Origin: Anthoceros angustus
Taxonomy: Eukaryota > Plantae > Anthocerotophyta
Direction: 5' to 3'
Length of the DNA: 64,000 bases
Assembly: GCA_010909165.1 (NCBI GenBank)
Contig: MU008161.1
Span: forward strand, 2,170,001-2,234,000
Of this stretch, positions 13,394 to 25,821 are shown one piece after another (the first letter of the stretch is position 1; each line of letters opens with the position of its first letter). The position numbers and the translations under genes are program-made. The notes below the pieces were generated by a model that was not told the origin of the DNA, did no database searches, and saw only the letters and a program-made list of their open reading frames with translations.

Positions 13394-15974
13394 ATGGAAA
13401 TGAGAAGCTGCGCCGGGATCATTGACCTGTCCAAGTATCCCACAACATCACGAATTTGGGGGAAAAAGACGTGACAGCAGGACAAGCCTTTCCGGCAGCT
13501 ATAGACACAGCGCATCAAGACTCTGCAGCCGAGTTCAATGCTCTTCACTGCAAGCTACTAAAACTGACGCATAGACAAGTTCCCACAACTTACCCCCCCT
13601 CTGTCCAAGTCTGCTGAGCTGGAATGCATTGTTCTGTCCTTGAATCTCGTATGCATGTCACCCCTAAAGCTGGAACAAGATCAAGTTTCAGTCATGCATG
13701 CGCTGCTTCGAGCACACACACAATTCAACACACCATAAATGAATCACATGGAACGTATCTGAGTGAACAGCTCCCCAGGCAAAGAAGTTCTCAATGCAGC
13801 AAGCTGTTCCTCAAGGGGAAGAGCCTTACCCATGATCCCTGGAATGGTCCTCACTATCCCGAAGAACCCCGCCCAGTCCAACACCAGCCAATCCATCAAC
13901 CCCGCCTCCATCCAGGAAGTCAAAGGATGAAAAAGACGAATCCCCTACATGCAAATCTGCAAAACCCCGAGTCAACATTCCCCGTCCACCCCTCCCAGAC
14001 CACAAATCCAACTCCAAGCCACCTAAAACAAACCTGGAAGCAGCGCAGCTGTCGATTCCGGAGCTGACGCAACGCTGCAAAACAAAAAGTCCAACATGTC
14101 AGACCACCACACATACAAACGACCATCCCTCCAAAACCCCAAAACCACCCCATAGTACCCAAAACCAGAGCATAGTACCCGAACCCCCCCACCCCATCTC
14201 ACCTGTTGTTCGGCCTATCCAGCAGAGTAAAATCAATGGACGGATATTCCTCCTGGGACATGAACAACTGGTTGCTGTAACTGTCCATCCTCCACCCCGG
14301 ACCGCCCTCCAAGGCCACCACACCCCTACTGCCCGCACTCTGCCACCATCATCCCGGAAGCCCTAACTACATGCGACCCACCCCCAGGCGCAAATTCCCT
14401 CCCGCACCGCACCACACCACCCTCAGGCCGCCGCAATCACATTCTCCCAAACCCTAGATGCATCCCAGTCCCACGCGCATTCCGCACCGGACTGCCACCT
14501 GGACCACATTCCCACAAAACTCCCACCCATTCCACCCGCCCCGCGCTCCTTCCAGCAATCCCATCCACCCCGCCGCTCCTCCTCCCAAAACCCTGCAATT
14601 CACCCCGCCCAGCTCCAATCCAGCTGCCCCCAATCCTGCTACCTGGACCTGCACACCGCCGAGCGCCCCCACCCGGCCCTAAACCCCGGCCATCACGAAA
14701 TTCCTCCCTCCGCTCCCCACCCTGCCCTACTCCCCAAACCCTCTCCCAGCTCCCCACAGTCCCCTACTCCCACTGCATCCACCGAGCCCCTGCAGCTCCA
14801 ATGCGCCCTCCCAGCTCCCCTCCTCCTTCCAGCTGCCAAAATGCCGCTCCTGGACCCCCACCCAATCCAGAAACGACCCGACGGCAGCCACAGCTCCCGC
14901 TTCCGGCAGCGGCCAGCACAGGCTTCCCTTCCCTTCCCTTCCCTTCCTTCCCTTCACGCCCCAAGCCCTGGGATCAGCAGGCCCCGGGCCTCCATCCCTC
15001 CTTCTCCCTCCCGCCCCTAGAACGCGCAGCACCAAACCCCGCGCCCAAGTGCAGGCCAGGCGACGCCCTGGCCGTGGCGGGGACCCATTCTCTCTCTTCT
15101 CTCTCTCCTGGCCTTCGCGTGAGCTCGCGTCGGCTGTGCCTCGGCTTCCCCTTTCCCTGCCAAATCGGGTACCGCAGCTGATCACTTCCCGCTGCTCCTG
15201 CTCCCCTGCTGCTTCTGCTGCTGCAGCGGCCGGGGCCCTCGCCTCCTCGTTCCTTTCCCTTGCCCTTCGCCTTTCTCTCTCCTCCCGGTCCAGGCAGCCA
15301 GGCAGCCAGGCAGCTTGCGTGACGCGCTTTCTCTCTCCATTCTCTCACCACTTTTCCGGCCTTTTACCGGGCCGCAAATACGATTTTCCTGCTCCCGTTT
15401 AACGTTATTGCGCGAATGATATGGCGGAGGTTGGGATAAGAAGGGAGCTGGAAGGAGCTGGAACCAACTGAATTGAAAGAAGTTTCGCGCGCAACACGGT
15501 CCATGAGGCGGTCGTATATGATGCTGGTATACGCTTCGTAATTGTTTACTATTTTGCGGTGGACCGGAGCGTGAAACCTGCCCGGCCCTGCGGCTGTTGC
15601 GTACCCTGCTGTCCGCCCTGCGCGTACTTGTTGGCACGGGCCTTCCATAATGCACGCATCCGCGTCCGCGTCCGCGTCCGCATCCGCCCTCCCTGCTTCG
15701 CTTCGCTTCGCTTCTCCCAGGTTCCCAAACTTTTCCATGGAACCGCCTGACATGGATCGTGGGGAACACACAGTTCAAGAGATCTGTTTCTGCTAATGTC
15801 ATGTCACTTGCTGCTCTTGCGTTGCACATGGGAAACGGTGACTGCAGGCCTTGCTGCCAGGCTCCTCCTGGAACTCAATGCTGCCCTCCGGCTCATGCTC
15901 CCAACAACATAAGGACAAGGCCCATGGCTTCTACTTCTCCCTCCTCTCTCCTCCAATGTGTGGATCATGACTTG

Positions 15975-16185
15975 GGTGGCTGGGGCTGGGGTCAGGCTGG
16001 GGTTGGGGCTGGGGCTGTGGGTCAGGGGTCAGGCTGTGGGTTGTGGCTGTGGGTCAGGGGTCAGGCTGGGGCTGTGTCAGGCTGTGGCCAGGCTGTGGGT
16101 CAGGCTGTGGGCTGTGGCCAGGCTGTGGGCTGTGGGCTGTGGGCTGTGGGTCAGGGGTCAGGGTTGTGTCAGGCTGTGGGTTGCT
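15975..16185. repeat. G-rich 6-bp variant microsatellite (GGCTGT/GGTCAG/GGCTGG)
   Basis: Directly visible mixed hexamer array. Confidence 0.75.
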
Positions 16186-16191
16186 AGGCTT

Positions 16192-16643
16192 CATTGCTAG
16201 GCTTGCAATGGACTCGTCTTCATTGCTAGGCCTGCAATGGACTCCTCTTCATTGCTAGGCTTGCAATGGACTCGACTTGATTGGTAGGCTTGCAATGGAC
16301 TCCACTTCATTGTTAGGCTTTCAATGGACTCCACTTCATTGTTAGGCTTGCAATGGACTCAACTTCATTGGTAGGCTTGCAATGGACTCCACTTCATTGT
16401 TACGCTTGCAATGGACTCGACTTGATTGTTAGGCTTGCAATGGACTCCACTTCATTGTTAGGCTTGCAATGGACTCCACTTCATTGTTAGGCTTGCAATG
16501 GACTCGACTTGATTGCTAGGCTTGCAATGGACTCGACCTGATTGCTAGGCTTGCAATGGACTCGACTTTTTTGCTAGGCTTGCAATGGACTCGACTTGAT
16601 TGGTAGGCTTGCACTGGACTCGACTTGATTGCTAGGCTTGCGA
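16192..16643. repeat. 29-bp minisatellite, ~15.5 copies
   Basis: Consensus CATTGCTAGGCTTGCAATGGACTCGACTT, head-to-tail, no spacers. Confidence 0.92.
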
Positions 16644-16859
16644 AGATCAAGTTAATTCCACTCCGGAACTTGGTCCCTTGCCTAACGCTAATGTCAGTAA
16701 ATGTAGGGAGACTAAGTTTTATCCCATACAAATAAGATGCCTTGTTAGGGTTTAGGGCATTACATAAAAGAAGAAGAAGAAGAATTTGTTGAAATCCATA
16801 AAGAACATATGGTTCTCGTGGAGCTTGAATACATTGAATGATTCATGGACTTTTCTTTA

Positions 16860-17000
16860 CACACTTTTAGTTTCAAGATGGGCTATCGTGGGGGCTAGTC
16901 CCCCTTGGCCTAGTGCCCTCTTGAGGGTTGTTCTCCTTGGTCTCGGGGGGGGGAGGAGGGGGGTGGATGAGAGTTTCCATCTTTGTTTTTTTTTACATAA
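16860..17000 (+). mobile_element. 3' end fragment of a non-LTR (CRE-like) retroelement family
   Basis: gggctagtcc-ccttggcct-gtg-cctct-gagggttgttc and ccatcttt...ttttacataaag shared with 60520-60605. Confidence 0.4.
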
Positions 17001-17797
17001 AGTCTTCACACTCTTCGGGAAACTAATTAACATATAAATACTCATTTTTCAAAAAGAGATATAATTTATTTACAAACTAGTGCTATGTACACAAGATTTT
17101 TTATAACAATCACCTTTTATAGCCAATCATATGGATTGTATACCCATTGGTCTTCGAAGAGACTTGGCACAAGTGATACGATGATGGGTATCCATTACTG
17201 TTCAAATAGCTTTGGATGAAATGATTGTTTTGCAACAATAGTAGCAAGTAACATTGTCTTGGCAAGTACACATCCATTAATCAGATTTGGCACAAAGAGA
17301 CACTAATAATGACATGTGATGTTCAAAATGGCAATGATGACAAGTAACATTTCCTTAGCAAGTACATATGGATTCAGTTCTCAAAGGGATTTGGTGATAG
17401 TGATAACGGCCATTACACGTGACATTCAAAATGGCTATGATGATAGGTAACTTTTCGTTGGCAAGTACATATGGATCATAGTTTTCAAAGAGATTTGGCA
17501 ATAGCGATATCGAAATACATACTCTTCTAAGAGCTTTAGGGGAAAAACAACAACAATAATAAGTAATACTCCATTGGCAATGACACATTCCTTTGTCTTT
17601 AAAGCAATTTGGCACGAGTGCCAGATATTAAGTAAGACTAAATAATTATAATTAAAATAAATAAATAAAATTTGTGATGAGTTTATGGTGCTGACTATTG
17701 GCTATCGTAAAGAAGGCAACCAGGATTGAACTGGTGATCGATGGTTATCATAGAGGAGGCAACTGAGATTTAATTGCTGATTCATGGCTATCATAGA

Positions 17798-17864
17798 GGA
17801 GGCAACCAGGATTGAACTGGTGGTCCATTTGACTGGGATTGCTCTACCATTGAGCTATTCTCCC
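17798..17864 (-). pseudogene. degenerate tRNA / tRNA-derived SINE head
   Basis: Minus strand GGGAGAATAGCTCAATGGTAGAGCA...CCAGTTCAATCCTGGTTGCCTCC has A and B boxes but a shortened anticodon arm; 3' half partly duplicated at 17712-17765. Confidence 0.5.
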
Positions 17865-18099
17865 TTTAGATCTCTCATTCGAGAAGAAGAAGAAGAAGAA
17901 TAGAGGAACATGGTTCTCAACTTCACTTAACTTCGATGATTTTTCCTCAACTTACAGTACATGAATTTATCCCTTATACAACCATATGTACAATCGGTAT
18001 CTTATTGAGTTTTAAAATATTTTATTTAAAAAGATTATGCTATTAATATAATATATTTAAAATATAAAATAAGAGAAAATACATTTCCGATTGGTACAT

Positions 18100-18800
18100 A
18101 TCTATCATCTTTAACCCAAGAAAGAATATGGAGGTCCTTATGCTGAAATCTATACAAGAGTCTTCTGCAAGGGCACTAATACAATCTTTCTTGACTATTG
18201 ATGGTGGTTAGGTTAACTCAATGAAATCTTTGATGTGAATCTTCATTATGAAGCTGATGAATAATGTATAAGTATATCCAGCCTTTGATGTGCTTAAGGT
18301 TTCCAAGGATACAAAACAATAAAATTTGTTCTCAAGTCTCAGTGAAGAAGGAACTATTTTTTTTTCTAGCAAAAACTAATGTACATACACCTACGATAAA
18401 ACTTTTGATTTTTACTAATGCACTATAATGTTTATTGTGTGAAATCTGTAAGTCATTATCATACTTGTCTAATATTTTTCTTTGTGAAAATATCAAGCTG
18501 TATTCGAAAGGATCCACAGATTCGTGCTCACAAACATGAGAAGACAATGAAACACTAAATAACTCACCTAGCTGAGCCACAAAACAACGTTATTGAATAC
18601 ACAACCTCTACCAACCCAGCGAGCCACTATAAGTAGAGGAATAAAAAGTAGGAAGAAATCAAACTCACATCTAGTCTCATACTTTTGAAGATGTGTAGAG
18701 ATGTATTATCATCTCGCAATTTATGTAAAACCTATATGGATAGTTATTACTTTTACGGTTGTATTATGGATATCATAACACTCTCTTAAGAGCATAGTAG
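18100..18800 (-). mobile_element. highly decayed Ty1/Copia RT-RNaseH remnant
   Basis: LGELFS...LIFSQRKILDKY resembles Copia RT 'DLGEL..FLG...SQ.KY'; PPT/LTR-like junction ctctcttaa|cataaca near 18780. Confidence 0.3.
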
Positions 18801-19685
18801 GTACACTACATGAGACACCCATTTGACAATATAATATTAAACTCCAATTACCTAACAACGTGATGAACATTTTTCATCTTGTAAGGTCTTTGGATAGATT
18901 GGTCAAATTTGTCACTACATGTACTAGCCACTCATTCAAATCTCCATTGAAGAGTTATTGTTCATGTCTTCATTCCATTTATTTGAGAGAAATACTATAC
19001 ATCAGTCTTTCTACTTTACATAGTTTGTTGATGCAAAGGGGCAAAAGCATCACATAGTCGTAAAATATTTGTTACATTATTTGCTGTAAATAACAGTTTC
19101 AAAAATCATGAAAGATCATGTAGTTGATTCTTGAAATTAATAATTTTAATTGATATACACTTTCCAGAAAGTTTGCACATCATGAAGCTGAATCATAATT
19201 AGTGATTCATACTCGTGATATGTAGATTCCACGGACCCTTCTTTCATATTTTAGATATGATGAGGATAAAAACATAGACGCTTAAAGTGTAGGTTCTTGC
19301 ACTATGTGTTCATTGGATTCAACAAATCTCTTAAGAATAAAGATTAAAAAAATAATTACATTAAAAATACCAACTCCCAAAACTAGAACCAAGACCATAC
19401 TATGGGCCTCCACCATGCTTGGTTGTTTTGCCTGAACGGGAATGTGGATGTAAAACATGGAGTAGGCCGGGCTGTGGATGAGTTTTACTCTGTTCACTGA
19501 ACCGAAACCGCGAATAAAGGGAAATGAACGAATTGTGTGGGGGCATATGTATGTGTTATGCTACAGGCTCGTTGCCGGAGTATCTTCGGGACTGGAGTCC
19601 GCCAAGCCCTAAAGAAACTTATTAGGTCTGGGGAGAGCGGATGTTCGGGACTGCCGAAAGGCAGAGGCGAGCATGAACGTCGCAA

Positions 19686-19830
19686 CGGCGCGGGAGGCTT
19701 GAAGGCAGTCCTGCGAGGGCGAAGCTTGGTTACGGCGATCCGACAGATGTGGCAGCCAGAACGCATCTATCGCATCGCCATAGCCAAGCTCGGCTGTGTC
19801 CTCCCTTGCAAAGCTCCGCGGCGTCCGCCG
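19686..19830. ncRNA. candidate pre-miRNA fold-back
   Basis: Arms 19723-19751 and 19762-19790 pair over 29 bp (2 G:U, 3 mismatches) around a 10-nt loop; imperfect lower stem extends further. Confidence 0.4.
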
Positions 19831-20953
19831 CTTGTCCCGGTTCTTGCTACCTTGAAGAAGTTCTTGTCTGTTGGTGAAGATCTTGCTGGTTGTGGTCTTC
19901 ATTAACTTCCTGTCGGTGTTGAGAGTTTAAAAGGTTGCCGCTAGGCTGGTACAGGTTTGTGTTCAGATCTGGTCTTGTTCGCGTTTGATGTTGTAGTCTA
20001 TCTTGTACTATCTTGTGCTGTCGCGTGCGCCTGAAGATGTGGAGATGAAAGGTTTTGGTGCCTCCTGAGGATGTGAGTCCTTTGCTTTCAGTGATGTGAA
20101 GTGAAGGGATGTTTTTTCTGTTTTCTTGAAACGTGATGAGGGAAGTGCGGCGGTGTGATGACGAAAACGAGAGGACAGCATGAACAGTGCTCTGAGTCCA
20201 AGTATTCCACACACGAGATTTCTGACCGCCATACTTTTGCTAGGGCTGGTAGATGCGAGCTGGTATGAGGATGTACATCCGTGCTTGGCCACTGTGCTGC
20301 TGCTGTCGTGACGTTTGGTGCGAATTAAGAGTGAACCGGGTTGCTGCTTCAGTTTTTTAATGCCAGAGCTGCGTAAAATATCTATCGTGAAACTTCCTGT
20401 CCCTGTGTGCTGTTCACTGCATTGCATTGCTTTCGCTACGGCTCATGAATGATCCTCCCTCCAATTCCGGGCAGTCCATGCACTGATGATGCAATTACGG
20501 TCAAAGATCTGGTAGACAAGCGGCTCAGGATTCCTGACACCAGCATGGTCCCCAGTCCAGGAGATCGGATCAGAACGGTTCTAACCTATCTCATGTCAAC
20601 GCCCTATTTTAAACTCTGGCAAGGCGAGGTGAAGTGCAATGTCGGCCGGCAGACATCAGGTGTGCATCCCAGATTTCCATTCCCAAGCCGATGCCATACA
20701 AACTCACGTACTTGAAAACCAGCGGTGTCGTTTTCTGCTCTTCAATCCAGACTCACGTCCCTTTCCAATCAGCAGAACAGACATGGCCCATCAAAAGGAT
20801 CAGGATATGTGATCCACTGTAGGCACCAGGAGGAGTAGGTACCGTACTGTCCGCAGAGACAGCTATCTGCGGCTATGAGGAGATAGGTTCAGGTGCGTGT
20901 TCACCACACACACTGCGCCAGCCATGACTACTGTGTGTAAGAGGGACCCAACT

Positions 20954-21549
20954 TCAGCTTGACAACTCGCCGATGTAGAATTCGTCTACCATTTCGTGGA
21001 CCCTGCTGGCATGTTGCATTCTGCAGGAGCACCAGAGAGAAATGAACATGATGGCGGCATGGCATAAAAGCGATATGGAAGTGACTGCGAAGTGCAATTG
21101 CGCAGAGGAGGGCAGAGCGGTCTCACTCACCCGTAGAAGCCGACTGTAGAGTCTCCTCCGGCGTTGTTGAGTATGGCATAACCTCCGGGATGCTCCTCGA
21201 CATATGGAGTCACATCATATACCTGTCAGAGAGCCATGACGAAGATGGATGCCTTGAGGGTCAACTGACTGCCAATGTCGAGAATCGACTTCAATCTGCC
21301 AATGCTGAGCATCAACTTCAATCCGTTGAAGACGGGTATCAAGTGGAACAGAAAGCTACCTTATTTTTCACTATGATCCAGCAGTCATGGACCGAGTTGT
21401 GCTTTGCCACCTCTTCCGCTGTGAAGCTCCTAGTTTTTGGCTGATCCCACACGGACAAGCCAGTCAACCTCCTATGGGTGGTGCATCCAACACAAATGCA
21501 CAACAGAGGTGAGAGGTGCCATTGCAACCAGAAGCGTCCCTTGCACCAT
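20954..21549 (-). CDS. CB5LP: cytochrome b5-like protein (At1g60660/CB5LP type)
   Basis: Exons encode KTRSFTAEEVAKHNSVHDCWIIVKNK | VYDVTPYVEEHPGGYAILNNAGGDSTVGFYG | MQHASRVHEMVDEFYIGELSS*; HPGG heme motif; 5' end uncertain. Confidence 0.85.
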
Positions 21550-21700
21550 GTGGCAAAAGACACTAATGTACGCTTTATTAGAATCTTTCTGCGAAAGCGA
21601 GCCGGCGACTGCTTCTAACAATAATTTAATAATTTGAGTTTTCGAGCCAGGTATTCCGAGTTACACTCTGCATTCGATGGGAATTGAGGGGGGAAATGGC

Positions 21701-23192
21701 TCATACAGTATAAGGCGCGCCCGCTTGGAGTTGTCGCCTTAATACTTCTTCTGCTTTCTGTTCTATTTTTGACAGAACCCAGTCGTGTTGAAGCAAGTCC
21801 AACCCATCCTTCTCTGCTCCAAGAATCTGCCAGAGAGAACATTGGGTGAGACAAAAGGAGAGCAATGCATCGACTGAACTTGCTGCTGTGCATGACAAGA
21901 AAGAACTTTGGCCCTGAGAATGGCAGACCTTGGCGGGGTCTGCACCAAAAGCGCCCATCTGCATTGCCATAAGCCTTGTAGTATCATCCGTGGCTGTACA
22001 GAAGGGAAGTAAGATTAGAATGATAAAATTCTCTCACACAGCGTGTTTAGAGAAAGCAATTTCCACTGCGATTTACCATTTTCTTCACCGAGGATCAAAC
22101 TGAAAAGTCCTCGCAGACCAAAGAGATTCAAAAAGTACCTGCCAACATTCCATGCATACATGGTCAGTTGTATCAAAACCTCCACAAATGAGTAACAAAG
22201 AATCCACAACAACAATGAGCTTTATGAAGTTTCAGTTCTTACCAGGATCTGCTGCTCACGTAACTCACATCTGCAGCGCTCAGATCAATACCGTTCTGCA
22301 GCATGCCCCTGAACCGCTGTGTAAGCGGGAACGGTATTTTAGCTGTCAACCACGATTCCCTGAATTAGATATACCACTCTCCAAGTAAGATGATGAAATG
22401 AGTTAGATGCTAGGTACACATGTATACCTGCAACAAACCCTGAGAAGAAGAAGTTCACCCATGCGAAAGTGAGAGTCTGCAGCAACAACATCAGCCATTA
22501 GCAGCTATGGTGAAAGCATTGGAATTCTCGCCGCCAGCATCTAGACCTCTGCACAGCCTCCTCATTTTTTCCAGCTCTGAAGACCAAAGATGCTTTCCAA
22601 GATATGACATTTTACATTGATACCAACGCCTACAGCAAGTCCTGATCCAGGCTCAGATGGCTGCACACCTGGGGGATGATCATTGACAGGTTTTTCTTCA
22701 TCATATCCATAGCCATGTTGGGATCCGAGAACATCTGTGCTTGCATGTTCTGGCCCTGGCCTTTCGGAACATGCAGCAAACCATTCTCCTGATGGGAAAC
22801 ACCACAAGTTTAGTGAAAAAAAGGCAAAACTGATAAACTCATGCCTTGCCATGGAACGAGGACAAGCAAGAGATTGACTTAGGGATTTCTGCAGAAATGA
22901 AGTGGAACAACATCAATTGTTGCTCACCAGACCGTCAGTGCCTCACCTCATTGTTGAAGTACGCCCTACGCTGCCGAAACGACTTAGCAGGGATGTAGTT
23001 GGCCGCAGCTCTCAGAGTCTTGGCTCTGAGAACCACCTGCCCTTCTCTGACGCTCTTGAGATCAGGGTTAGGAGTGGTGCGCATGAGCTTGGACACAAAA
23101 TGCCGCAGCACACCGATTAGCACCATAACCACCGAGAGCGGCACCAACACCCAGTCGCGGATGGCGGTGTCCAGCACCAGATCGTTCGCCAT
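21701..23192 (-). CDS. EMC3: ER membrane protein complex subunit 3, multi-exon
   Basis: N-terminus MANDLVLDTAIRDWVLVPLSVVMVLIGVLRHFVSKLM; C-terminus LGAEKDGLDLLQHDWVL...V*. Confidence 0.92.
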
Positions 23193-23438
23193 CGCAGCTC
23201 GCCTCGGGAAAACACGAGCCCAGCCAAGCACGGCGGATTCGAATCTCAACGTGTCACGGGCTCAAACAAGTAAAGATGGCGAAGGAAATTCTCTGTGGAA
23301 AATCCAGCATGCTGTTTTTGACTCGAGGTAGTCTTGTATATGAACATGCGTTTTAGGTCATGAACTGGTTTGGAAGTAAAATCCAGCTCGCGCTTTTGGC
23401 TAGCGGAGCGCGACGGGACAGGAAGGTGCGAGGTAGCC
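23193..23438. promoter_or_regulatory. putative bidirectional promoter between EMC3 and U1-70K
   Basis: Divergent start codons only 246 bp apart. Confidence 0.6.
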
Positions 23439-24764
23439 ATGGCGGACTACGGCGAGATCCATCAGATGCGCAAGGACCTCAAAGTGCAAAACCGTGCTAC
23501 CATCCAGCAGCTGAAGCTTATCGGCCAGGCTCATCCCACCGGCCTGACTTCCAATCTTCTCAAGCTCTTCGAGCCCCGGGCGCCGCTCGAGTACAAGCCG
23601 CCGTTGGAGAAGCGCAAGAGCCGGCCCTACGTCGGAGTCGGGGACTGCATCAACGCGTTCGCTGAGCCCGGAGACCCCGAGTATGCACCTCCCGTCACCA
23701 AGGCGGAGACTCCCGCGCAGAGGAGAGCCCGTGTGCATGAGATCAGGCTGGAGAAGGTAAGGAGGAAGCGGTTCTTTGTGCTTGTTTCCTGCTCTGCTTG
23801 TCTCCGTGTGTTCGTGCATGTTTGAATGTGTTTGTGTGCTCGAATGTGCTTGTGTGTGTTTGAATGTGCTTGTGCGTGTTTGAAAGTCTTGTGTGTGTTT
23901 GAACGTGTTTGTGTGTGTGTGTGAGTGCTCATGGCTTTTGTGATGGTGGCAACGTAGGGTGCAAAGAAGGCGGCGGAGGATTTGCTGAAATACGAGCCGG
24001 CAAGCGATCCCAATGTGGATGGGGATCCTTACAAGACTCTGTTCGTCGCTAGAATAAGCTACGAGACGACGGAGCACAAGATCAAGAGAGAGTTTGAAGC
24101 ATACGGGCCAATCAAGCGTATTCGGCTGGTGCATGACAAGGTGTCCAATGTTCCGCGGGGTTACGCCTTCATAGAGTATCATCACATGAGGGACATGAAG
24201 AACGCGTACAAGCAAGCGGATGGCCGCAAGATCGACAACAGGAGAGTGCTGGTGGATGTGGAGCGGGGGCGCACGGTGCCGAACTGGCGGCCGCGGAGGC
24301 TGGGGGGAGGACTTGGCTCCACTCGCGTTGGAGGAGATGATGTGAACCAGAAGCAGTCTGGGAGGGAGCGGCCTCTGGTTGTTGCTGCTTCGCCCGCCGT
24401 GGGGGGACCTCCTAGGTCTGAAGAGCCTCGGATGGAGAGGGCTCACGGGGAGGAGAGGGATGTGGAGAAGCGGCATGACCGGGACCGGGAACGAGATCGG
24501 GGTGAGAGGCCCGATCGAGGCGATAGGGGAGACCGAGCGGAGAGGATTGAGAGAGTGGAGAGGGTCGACAGGGACCGGGAGCGGTCGCGGGAGCGGGACC
24601 GTGAACGGGAGAGGGATTATGAGCGCCCGCACAGGGACAGGCGAGAACGGGACAGGGATCGGGAGCGGGACAGGGACTACGATCGGTACCACGAACGGGA
24701 AAGGGAGCGCGAGCGGGATCATCCCGAGAGAGAGCACAAGCGGGAGCGGGAGAGGGATAGGTGA
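23439..24764 (+). CDS. SNRNP70: U1 snRNP 70 kDa protein, 2 exons (23439-23756, 23958-24764)
   Basis: [23 protein letters not shown]; RRM with [50 protein letters not shown]; RD/RE-rich tail. Confidence 0.95.
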
Positions 24765-25821
24765 GGTTTTGTGTGGAGGAGAAGCGCAGGCTCAGGAGGT
24801 TTGTTTCAAGACAGGTTTTCTAAGGTTGGGGCTCACGTTTTATGATGAGAGCTTCTGCTTGAGGTAAATGGAAGGCAGAGTAAGGTGCTGTCATGTCTTC
24901 CTGCTTTCCTAGGCTTTGTGTCATGTAGCCATAGATGTGAACATCGGGGTTGTGGAACCACACCGAAGATGCATCTTGGTGAAATATCGGCTGGGCCAAT
25001 CTCCGGCTGGTCCATGAGCTCCGAACCCGGCAGCATGTCCGTAAGTCTTACACTCTTACTGGTGGAGAACTGGTCGAGCAAGGATCCGGATCCTTCCATG
25101 CGCTCAAGAGACGGGAAGAGTAGGTTGTGGGAATTGTTGTACTCGCACCCAGTTTTTGGGCCTTGTAGAGCTTCCACTGGTTTGCTTGCTCTGTTATTGC
25201 CTAGGCTAAGGTGCTATTGCAGATGTGTGGCAAACTTCGTATCAGGTGAGGCTTTTGTGCAACCTGCAGGAGTGGTAATACTGAACAGGTGTGTATAGAT
25301 CATCAAATTCTAATCTGTACAGCTTGTGCAGTACCAGTGGGCAGCACCCGGTATGCATCTGTCTTGGCCCTTCCATGAAGAACGTTCGTTCCCTCGTTAC
25401 TACCCATCTACTGTAACCCATCCACCCATCTCACCAGCAGCAGCAATTTAGCAGCAACAACTTACACACCTGGTGCAGCAACCTTCATCACCAGTCTTTT
25501 TGAATGTCGAGCCTCTGGCAAGATGTAAGATCATTCAGCCTAGATCTGGAATTACATAAGCCTGACGGATGTTTTTTTGTTCTCATCTACTGCAAGCCTG
25601 GTCATTTTATCGTCGTCGAAGATGCGTCCATGAGAGAAGCACGCGTATATGGAAAAGTAACTCGACTCAGCACCAGTTGCGGGTTAGGTGAATTCTTGCG
25701 TTCCTAGTCGCGTAATTCTTGCCCTCTCGTGTAGGTAGGTAGTCGTTGGCGTGTTCAAATGATCCTCCCGGGTGCTTGCTCCTGACTGCTGCAGCCGGGG
25801 TGCGGGTGTACGCGAAGTCAG

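Noticed and set aside
13624-16200. Many 60-215 aa GC-rich ORFs
   Set aside because: Low-complexity leader, intron and promoter sequence; no recognisable domains
16192-16643. 29-bp repeats with an internal palindrome resembling CRISPR repeats
   Set aside because: Units are contiguous with no unique spacers, there are no cas genes, and the context is eukaryotic
23400-24737. 445-aa Pro-rich minus-strand ORF
   Set aside because: Antisense shadow of U1-70K
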